Shown here piece by piece: positions 54,301 through 64,000 of a stretch of DNA of 64,000 nucleotides. The number at the start of each line of letters is the position of its first letter. The first letter of the stretch is position 1. The notes under the pieces were generated by a model. It did no database searches and was not told the origin of the DNA. It saw nothing but the letters and a program-made list of their open reading frames with translations. Both the position numbers and the translations under genes were made by a program. This DNA comes from Blasia pusilla (taxonomy: Eukaryota). The stretch lies in assembly GCA_050084515.1 (NCBI GenBank), contig CM114271.1, positions 1,550,001 through 1,614,000 on the forward strand, read 5' to 3'.

Positions 54301-57300
54301 CATGCTCTCTCCAACCTTGATAAACTCAATACCAAAGAAGTACTTAAGTTCTCCCAAGTCCTTCATATCAAATTCTCCTTCTAATTTTAGCTTGATTTTT
54401 TGTACGATATCCTCAATACTCCCAATAATCAAGAGATCATCAACATACAACACAATAATTATCGTATGATCTTGTCCTCTCAAGACATATAACGAGGAGT
54501 CAGAATCACATACCCTAAAACCCAACTCTTGTAGGACGTATGTAATCTTGCCATACCAAGCTCTTGGAGCTTGTTTGCGCCCGTATTGAGCTTTTTTCAA
54601 CTTGCATATGCAAAATGGAAGCTCGGGATGCTCGTATCTATGTGGTTGAGTCATATATACCTCCTCATATATATCTCCCTTCAAGAAGGCATTCTTGACA
54701 TCCATGTGATATAATCTCCATTTCTTACTTACTACAACTGCAACCATTGTTCTCGCAGTTGCCATCTTTGCAACAAGACTAAAAGTTTCCTCATAATCAA
54801 TGCCATATTGTTATGCATAGCCCTTAGCCACCAATCTCGATTTGTATTTGTTAACTGTACCATCTTGATTGCACTTGATTTTGTAAACCCATTTGCAACC
54901 AATAGCTTCCTTACCGTAAGGTATATCAACCAGCTCCCAGGTCTGTTGATGTCTTAATGCAGCAAGTTCTTCCTCCATAGCTTCAATCCATTCGACTTTA
55001 CTTGCAGCTTCTCCAAAATAACTTGGCTCCTATTCTTGAAGGATAGTCATCTTATATGCATGATGTGTTGCAAGAAAGCCTTTATGTATAAATCTATGAA
55101 CAAGATGTGTGATTCTACTTGATCTACAAAGTTTTTTTTTGGAGGTAGATGCTTCTCACACCTGACTCAAGCTCTGACTAGTGTCAATAGATTGAATACG
55201 TACATTTCCCATCGATGGACTCACAAATTTAACTGACGAATCTAAGACCTCTCCTAATCCTGCGCTAGTACTTGGGGAATTTGGGGGGATTTGAAGACAA
55301 TGTCTATTGGTTTACAATCATATTCTCCTCCTCAACGGAAAAGTTTAAACGTGGAATGGGCTCAGATGGAGCATACCATGATTTTAGCTCATCAAAGACA
55401 ACATCGTGATTAATAATAAGGTGCCTAGAGGATGGAATGTAGCACTTATACCCCTTAGTTCCATCAACATAGCCAATGAATATACATCTTTGAAATTCAG
55501 ATTTGGGGTCTAATTTTTGACGTCTTTCAGAAGGAACATGAGCATAACAAATACAACCAAATACTTTCAAGAAGGAAAATCAGGTTTATTTCCTATGAAG
55601 ACTTCAAATGGAGTCTTATCATGAAACTCTGCTATTGGAGTTCGGTTGATTAAGAAGACTACATATGCTACAGCCTGTGCCCAATACACCTTAGGCATGT
55701 TCTTTTCATTCAGCATAGTTCGTGCCACCTCAGCAATATTCCGATTTTGCCTCTCAGCCACTCTATTTTGTTGTGGAGTGTAATGGCAAGTCCCATGACG
55801 TTGGATGTCATTCTGACGTAAGTAGTCATCAAACTTTATTGAAATATACTCTCCTTCTCCATCACAATGCAATTTCAGAATGAGTTCTCAATCTGCTTCT
55901 CTACTAGAACTCTATATGTTTGGAACACTTAGAATACTTCTGACTTGGCTTTCAGAAAGTATACCCATACAAACCTAGAGAAGTCATCAATAAATGAAAC
56001 AGAGTACTGAAAACCACTAAGGTTATGTTGTGATGTTGTCCACATACCACTATGAATCACTCCAATATCTTGGATGCTCTTCTACCTTGCTTTGGAAATG
56101 GAAATCTAGCTTGTTTTCCAAATTGGCAAGTGGGACTCGCTAATTTAGGAAGTCCAATTACTGGATTAGATGATGAAAAACTTTGTAATCTTAGAAGATT
56201 CATATGTCCAATTCTCTTATGCCACATATTTAGATTTGTGACTTGTTGGCCAATTTGACCATACATTGCTATTTGAATCTCTGGCATAGAAACGTCTAAT
56301 TTGAACAATCTGCCAGATCTAGTTCCTTTGGCTATCATAGTGTGGTCATCCATTGTTTCAATGAAACAAACATCTATGTTAAACTTCACTTGATAACCCT
56401 GTTCTTCTATCTCCTACAAAGATAAAGTTTCTTTCAATGGTAGGAACATAGAGAACATTTCCAAGAGCACAAAGACCATCAGATGCTATTAGAACTTTAT
56501 CTGTACCCGTGATATGATGTTGAGTGTCATCTCCTATGAGCACAATTGCAAGATCTTTCACCGGTACTGATAAAGTTCTAATAGCATCTGATAGCATCCC
56601 TATATTGTGATATCATGTGATTTGATGCACTAGAGTCAATGTGTCAATCTGCTGTCGAGTCTTCCTTGACCATTGCTCCTATAAAATGAGTCATGACCAA
56701 GATACGCTCAATTTGTGAATGTTGTTGTTCTTGGTACTGCCATTGGTGGTGTTGCTCCACATAATTTTGTTGTTGTAAGGCTCTTGTTCTCATATATGCC
56801 TTATTCTTGAGGCAAAACTTTGCAACACTCACTAAGCTTTGAACAAAATTTCCTTCTCCCAAACTGGAATTATGCCTTCTCTTTCCTCTCTTTTCTCCTC
56901 AAACACCAAGAATTTCAAATGATATTCTCCTATGGCTCTGGTCCATAGAAAATTGCTAAAGAAGCATAACTGGTGGAAAATAGCTCTCTCACTCACACAC
57001 CACCATGGAGAACAAAATTTTGCAATGAGAGAATGAGTGGAGGCTGGTTCACTTCTCAATTATATAGGGTATGTACGAGCAACCCTAACCCTAATCTTAA
57101 CCATACTCTCGAGTTAGACTAATTATTATTAACTAACCATAGTTAAGATAATGGCGCTTAACTGAGTAACCATTATTAAGCTTCCCTATTTCGTGTGAGT
57201 ACCAAATATAGAAGTTTAGATATCTCATGAGCTTTACTGTAACTCAATCTTCAATAATCCATTCTTGTCTTTTGCCTTGCAGGTGTTAAGGATTTCCGAG

Positions 57301-57774
57301 TATTGGGTAGTTATTTGGGGATATTGGATTTCGTGCAGATGTTGAGAGCATCATTGATGTATGGGTTTAGGGGACATAGACCTGTGTGGGATATCAAGAG
57401 TTGAGGGTATGTGTTGTTTATGAGTCGATAGATCAGCCACTTTGCCGCACCACGCCGCTTGTTGCCGCACAACACACATCCCAATGAGAGAGTGTAGCTT
57501 GAGTGTCGCATGTCAGATGGAGTGATTGAATGATTACTCGCAAGGTTGAGAGTGATCGCATGAGAGGGGCACGAGGGTCATCACAACGTCCTTTTGGAAC
57601 TTTGAGAGGTGAGGTGATGGACCTGAAAGTAGCTCTAAGGGGTTTACCCGGAGTGGTGCGAGGTTTCAAGGATCTCCACGTGAGAGACCACCTCGATGTC
57701 CTTCTCTTTCGTCTTTAGACAAGGGGGAGAGTACAGGGGAGTTTGTTGGTGTATCACCACATATATTGAATGGT
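51340..57774 (+). mobile_element. Second copy of the DNMT-Gypsy family: 5' LTR, leader and first gag codons only; interrupted by a Copia
   Basis: Reverse complement of 17450 down to ~15194. Starts TGTCACGACTTTTAGGATAGATCG. Homology resumes after the Copia at 57257 and stops at ~57774. Confidence 0.88.
53217..57256 (-). mobile_element. Ty1/Copia element with both LTRs and 5-bp TSD; gag largely deleted
   Basis: TSD ATCCA at 53212-53216 and 57257-57261; the empty site gttatccattc is seen in the paralogous Gypsy at ~15702-15712. LTRs at 53217-53489 and ~56946-57256, PPT at 53490-53504. Integrase (YTPQQNRVAER), RT (HMDVKNAFL, LYVDDLLI), RNase H (TKHVEVHYHFIRE). Confidence 0.95.
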
Positions 57775-57782
57775 ATCATATA

Positions 57783-60700
57783 TATCATAAAACATACATC
57801 GCTGACATACCATACTCACATACATACATACATAGAGGAGAGCATCCACAAACACAAGTGTACCACAACTGAAATATGTGAAAGACCTACTGTCATAAAA
57901 CACGTATAGAATCACATACAATCGAGCCAAACCCACTCCACGATGGGAGAATCCAGGTTGAAGCTTGCGGGAACCACCATAGCCAAGAGCTCTACTCACT
58001 ACCAAGGCTAACTCCCAACGCAACAAGCTCAACTTAGAGAACTAACTGTTCTTTGAGTGCACTCCACACTATATCCTCCAACCTAAGAGCGGGCCCTATT
58101 GGAAAAGTCACCCTCAATTGAGTAACCCCCAACCCTATGTATGAAACCGCATCTCTACCTAGACACTACGGCTCTATATAAGGTATGGCCTCTACTAGCA
58201 TACTATATTCTACGACATAATCTGTATGGTCATGACAACTGTCGTGCGAATCCACATCGTCATACAACATACATCGCTGACATACCATACTCACATACAT
58301 ACATAACATAGACGAGAGCATCCACAAACACAAGTGTACCACAACTCGCCCCCGAAACTGGCGGTTAGGTCCCTCTTACTCCCAAGTAGCCCTATACATC
58401 TACTACATGCTATACACCTTCTTGGGTGCACGAATCAGAAGGCCGGATGCTAGGTTGCCCCATCGTTAGTCGCCCATCTGTAATCCATATCATGCAAAGA
58501 TCAAGTCATCTACCGCTCCTAAGTACATCGAGGACAAACCCACCTTCCAGTAGGAACAACATCCATTCGTGGAGTCAAACATATCATGTGCCAACCCTAG
58601 AACACCGATCACACACCAACATACGGGTTGCGTTACCAGCAAACCCACACAACATGCATCTCAAGCTAGCACGTATCATGGCTAAGCTTGGGTCAACAGT
58701 ACCATCCACATTTGGAAGATGACATGGCGCACAATTACGCACATGGTCCTTCCAAAAAACTCCATTACGACCCTCCGATATGAGAACTCCAAAAGCTAAC
58801 ACCTCGCCCACTCGTAAAATAGTACGGCCTGCCATCACATCCAACGTTGTCGGTGCAATCTGCTGCAAATAGACATAGTCCCCCACATGGAACTTACGAA
58901 TCGATGGTCGATAATCTCCACCCCGAATGGTTGCATAACGCAACGTATCCCTGTGTTGAGCAATGGCAAGATTCTCAAAGGTTGTTGGCATAACTCTCTG
59001 AAAGAGCTCTGCCCGCTGAGAACACACTCTCATCCACATCTCTGGGTCATCAAGGTTCACCACCTCACTAGACTCCCAATTAATTGCTACTGGAAAGTGT
59101 GGATCTTGGCAGTATATCAAAAAATAAGGTGAGAAGGAAGCCAAGGATGATTGGCGACTAAACCTATACCCCATGGCTAACCATGGCAACTCAATATCCC
59201 AGTCTCCAAGATGCTCCTTCTGTAGGCCATACTTGCGCAATGCCCTCTTCACCGTCTGAACCACATGCTCAGCCAAACCATCCGCCTCTGGATGATCTCG
59301 AGACGTGGTCCGATCATCAATCAACGCCTTGTCACACAAGACCTAAAACTCACTCTGAAACTCTGTACCCTGGTCGGTCAACACTTCAGCTGGTGCACCA
59401 AAATGACTAAGCACTCTATCAAGAAACGCATATGCCGTTCCCTCACTTGCCTTGTCAGGTAATGCCACCAACTCAATCCACTTGGAGAAGTGCTCCACCA
59501 TCACCAACACATATCGATGATGTAAATACCAACGGTAACGGTCCCGCAAAGTCCACACTCCAATGGTAACCCAACCCCATAATAGGCAAGGGGTGTAACT
59601 GTGGTGTAGGGGCATTGAATGATGCCCTCACCCGGTCACAAACCATACAACGTGACACCAACTGCTGCACGTGAGTATGCATGCCACGCCACCAATACTG
59701 ACCAAGGAATAAGCTATACGTACGCTTTACCCCAAAATGTCCCAACTCCTCATGGGCATGTCATACAATGCGCTCTCTCTGAGCCAAATGCGGCACTACT
59801 CGTACTCTACCATCCTCCCACACACGGAGAATATGTGTTCCCTCCAATCGATACCTCTTAGCACGTTGAAGAACACGGTCTCGATCCTTGGCACTCACTA
59901 TGCCTGGCACCCTACTGTCCGTAGGAACTCCAACACCAACGCATCATCATGAATATCACGCTGATCCGTACCACCATCTCCAACCTTAGGATCTGAAGGC
60001 TGGCCATCTACCCTCTGACTAGAGTAAGATGTCATGTGGTCTTCCATACTAGAGTCCACCCCTAACCAACATAAAAAGGCGGATGCATGCCAACCTGGCC
60101 ATGCCATCTAGCCCTAGTTGCATCCTCTTGGCTAGTACATGGGTTCCTACTCAACCCATCAGCATCAAGGTTGGCAACTCCAGGTCTATGTACCACCTGG
60201 AAGTCATACTCCTGTAAGATAAGAGCCCACCGTGCAAGCTTCCCTGTAAGCTTGTTAGACTCCATCAACCACTTGAGCGGCTGGTGATCAGTAACAAGGG
60301 TAAAGTGTGTGCCAAACAAGTAACACCTAAAGTGTGCCATAGCCCACACTACTGCCAAGCACTCTCCCTCATATGAACTATAGCGCGACTCTGTTGCATT
60401 ATTCGAATGACTTGCATAGGCCACCACAAACTCCATGTGCTCATCATCATATTGTGTCAACACCGCTCCAAGTCCCAACCTACTCCAATCAGTGTGTAAC
60501 TGAAATGGGCGCCCTCTGATAGGTCTCCTCAAGATAGGTGCCATCACCAGCTAGGCCTTGAGCTCCACAAAAGCTCTCTTCTGATCATCTCCCCAGTGCC
60601 ACTCTTGATCTGATTTCAACAATTGGTTCAAAGGCTTTGCCATAGCACTAAATCCCTTCACATACCTCCGATAGTAGTTCGCCAATCCCATGAATGCCCG

Positions 60701-61198
60701 AACTCTACTCACATCTACCGGACGAGGAATAAGTGCAATAGCCTCCACCTTTACTTGCTGAACTCCCAAACCACCTCGATAGATCACATAACCCAAGTAC
60801 TCAACATCCTCATGGAAGAACTTACACTTTCTTGGATGCAAACGTAGACCATGAGCTTTCAACCGCTCAACACAATCTGCAAATGTATCTGATGCTCCTC
60901 CACCGTATTATTGAACACCAAGATATCATCAATGTAACACCGAACAAAATCCAACCCTGGTAGGATCCTGTCCATCACTCTCTGAAACTCGGCAGGTGCA
61001 TTCTTCAACCCAAAGGATAAGAATTTCCACTGGTACAAACAATCCTTGCCATGAGAGTTGACATCCCAAAATGTTGTCTTGGCCTTGCCACTCTCTCGAA
61101 TCGGCAACTGATGGTATCCTGCTCGAAGATCCAAAGTACTGAATCTTTGCATGTCCCACCGCATCAAAGATCTCCTTTGGTGTAGGCATGACATATCT
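57783..61198 (-). mobile_element. Ty3/Gypsy element, 3' part (RT-RNase H-integrase-PHD, PPT, 3' LTR); same lineage as the DNMT-Gypsy
   Basis: RT: LDLRAGYHQ, FGLKNAPAEFQRVMD, CYIDD. RNase H: LHTDWS, EGECLA, TDHQPL. Integrase: GHFG..CMVC, VDFAGP, TDQGTEF, DGLAE. PPT gggggcgag at ~58345-58353; LTR TGTGG...ATGACA at ~58343-57891. Confidence 0.92.
58519..58658 (-). pseudogene. PHD finger at the integrase C-terminus
   Basis: Restoring one G at 58595-58597 gives CMLC-GFAGNATRMLV-CDRC-SRGW-HMIC-LTPRMDVVPTGR-WVCPRC-T*, a canonical C4HC3 PHD with the conserved Trp. Confidence 0.9.
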
Positions 61199-61202
61199 TA
61201 GT

Positions 61203-63923
61203 ATCACAACATAGCCTTAGTGGTTGATAGTACTTTGTTTCATTTATTGATGACTTCTCTAGGTATATATGGGTATACTTTCTGAAAGCCAAGTCAGAGG
61301 TATTCTCAATGTTCTAAACATTCAGAGTTATAGTAGAGAAGTAGATTGGAGAACACATTTTGAAATTGCGTTGTGATGGAGGAGGAGAGTATCTTTCAAC
61401 AGAGTTTAATGACTATTTACGTCAGAATAGCATCCAACGTCAAGTGACTTGCCGTTACACTCCACAACAAAATGGAGTGGCTGAGAGGAAGAATCGACAT
61501 ATTGCTAAAGCGGCACAAGCTATGTTGAATGAGAAGAACATGCCTAAGGTGTATTGGGTAGAGGCTGTAGCATGTGTAGTCTTCTTAATCAACCAAACTC
61601 TAACAACGGGAGTTCATTATAAAACTCCATTTGAAGTCTTCATAGGAAGTAAACCTGATTTTTCCTTCTTGAAAGTATTCGGCTATATTTGTTATGCTCA
61701 TGTCCCTTCTGAGAGACGTAAAAAATTAGACCCCAAGTGTGAAAGATGTATCTTCATTGGTTATACTGATGGAACTAAGGGGTATAAGTGCTACATTCCA
61801 TCCTCTAGGCAACTTATTATTAGTCAGGATGTTGTATTTGATGAACTACTCGATGAGCTAAAGTCATAGTATGCTCCATCTGAGCCTACTCCACCTCTAA
61901 ATTCGTTTGTTGAGGGGGAGAATATGACTGTAAATCAACAGACATTGTCTTCAACTTCCCCAAGTACTAGTGCAGGATTATGAGAGGTCCTAGATTTATC
62001 GGCTAAATCTATGAGTCCATGGATGGGAAGAGTACGTATTCAATTTTTTGACACTGGTCAGAGCTTGAGTGAGGAGTCAGAGGCATCTACCTGTAAACAA
62101 CAACTTCGTAGATCAAGTAGAGTTACACATCCAGTTCATAAATTCATAAATGAAGATTTTCTTGCGAAACATCATACATATATGATCACTATCCTTCAAG
62201 AACAGGAGCCGAGTTTTTTTCAAGAAGCTGCAAGTAAAGTCGAATGGATTGAAGCTATGGAGAAAGAGCTTGTTGCATCAAGATATCAACAGACATGGAA
62301 GCTGATTGATATACCTTTCGATAAGGAAGCTATTGGTTGCAAATGGGTTAACAAAATCAAGCACAATCAAGATGGTACAATTAACAGATACAAATCGAGA
62401 TTGGTGGCTAAAGGCTATGCACAACAATATGACATCGATTATGAGGAAATATTTAGCCCTGTTGCAAAGATGGCGACTACGAGAACAGTGGTTGTAGTTG
62501 AAGTAAGTAAGAAGTGGAGATTACATCACATGGATGTCAAGAATGCTTTCTTGAATGGAGATCTATACGAGGAGTTAGAACCACCTAGATACAAGCATAC
62601 CAAGTTTCCATTTCACGTATGCAAGTTGAAGAAAGCTCTATACGGGCTCAAACAAGCTCCAAGAGCTTGGTATGGCAAGATTACATACGTCCTACAAGAG
62701 TTGGGTTTTAGGGTATGTGATTCTGACTCCTCGTTATATGTCTTGAGAGGACAAGATCATACGACTCTCATTGTGTTGTATGTTGATGATCTTCTGATTA
62801 TTGGGAGTACCGAAGAAATGGTATAACAAGTCAAGCTTAAGTTACAAGCAGAATTTGATATGAAGGATTGGGAGAACTCAAGCACTCCCTTGGTATTGAG
62901 TTTATCAAGGTTGGAGAGAGCATGTGTTTATTACAATGACAATATGCTCTTCATATGCTTTCAAAATATGATATGACGGCTTATAAGCCAATCTCTACAC
63001 CGTTGGATCAGAATGTGAAGCTAAGAGTGAATGAAGGAAAGTTGCTTACAGATTCTAATATGTACAGGCGCATGGTTGGAAGTTTGATCTATCTAACTAT
63101 AACCAGACTAGATTTGAGCTATGCTCTTGGCATAGTGAGCCAATTTATGCAAGCATCTGGAAAACCTCACCTTAATGCTATGAGGAGGATTATGCGGCAT
63201 GTGCAATTCTCTATTCAATTCGGGCTTCAATTTGAACCTTCTCCGAGTTTTCAATTACAGGGATTCACAAATGTTGATTGGGCAGGAAGCGTGTCTGATC
63301 AACACTCCACATCTGGTTATTCATTTACTTTGGGAAGCGCAACTATAAGTTGGGCTTCAAAGAAGCAACCTATCGTTGTTTTATCTTCAATAGAGGCTAA
63401 GTACAGAGGAGCAACCAATGCAGCATGTGAGGCAGTGTGGCTTCATCGATTACTTGTTGAGATTGATGTTAGTAGCTTAGGACCTAGTATAATATATGCA
63501 GACAATATTAATAGCATCAAGCTTGCTAATAATCCTGTGCTTCATGCTTGTACAAAGCATGTTGAGGTGCACTATCATTTTATCAGAGAGAAAGTGCTTG
63601 CAGGAGAAATAGATCTTATGTACATAGTACATATCAGCAAATTGATGACATCTTTACAAATGCATTGTCTAGAGATAAGTTTCAGATGTTTAGAAATGAT
63701 TTAGGCGTTAGAGATATCGATATGAGCTTGAGGGGGAGTATTGAAGATTGAGTTACAATCAAGCTCATGAGACACTAGAACTACTACATTTGGTACTCAT
63801 ACAAAGTAGGGAAGCTTAATCTTGGCTAGTCAGTTAAGAGCGATTATCTTAACTAAGGTTAGTTAATCATAGTTAGTCTAACTCGAGACTATGGTTAAGG
63901 TTAGGGTTGCTTGTATATACCCT
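61203..63923 (+). mobile_element. Ty1/Copia element, 3' half (integrase core, RT, RNase H, PPT, partial 3' LTR)
   Basis: FIDDFSR, LRCDGGGEY, YTPQQNGVAERKNR, MDVKNAFLNG, LYVDD, TKHVEVHYHFIRE. PPT gagggggag, then LTR from 63739. Same family as 17451-19755 and 53217-57256. Confidence 0.93.
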
Positions 63924-64000
63924 TGTAAATAAAATTGGGTTGTGTTCATCTATATTACTAAAAGAGGACCGGGTTTGGAAAACCCCTCCTCTTGTGTCGA
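63924..64000. mobile_element. Probable start of another LTR element nested in the Copia 3' LTR
   Basis: Homology to the Copia LTR stops after ...ataccct, and unrelated sequence begins with TG (TGTAAAT) and runs off the window. Confidence 0.5.

Noticed and set aside
57783-58346. DIRS/Ngaro split direct repeats
   Set aside because: The element has a DDE integrase and a PPT, and no tyrosine recombinase.
19756-61202. Giant Mutator/Pack-MULE, suggested by the 10-bp duplication
   Set aside because: No terminal inverted repeats and no MuDR transposase seen; the right end is Gypsy RT sequence. Kept only as an unexplained insertion.

Overview
TE-rich eukaryotic nuclear DNA, most likely from a non-seed land plant (bryophyte-like; inferred from gene style, not certain). 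It holds four apparently intact host genes: an 11-exon chloroplast phosphoglycolate phosphatase (2744-6262), a 92-aa small protein (29393-29671), and a head-to-head pair of 4-exon family-1 UDP-glycosyltransferases (41669-44481 minus, 45609-50286 plus). The rest is nested, decayed transposons: Helitron remnants, two CACTA elements, a hAT element, one Ty1/Copia family and one Ty3/Gypsy lineage. The main finding is that Gypsy lineage. One copy carries a complete but mutated DNMT3-like cytosine methyltransferase between protease and RT (11500-12457). A close relative ends its integrase in a PHD finger (58519-58658). Together they suggest an element of layout LTR-gag-PR-DNMT3-RT-RH-IN-PHD-LTR. Second, one Copia element appears split in two by a ~41.4-kb gene-bearing block flanked by a 10-bp duplication. 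All coordinates and alignments were derived by eye; no database searches were run.
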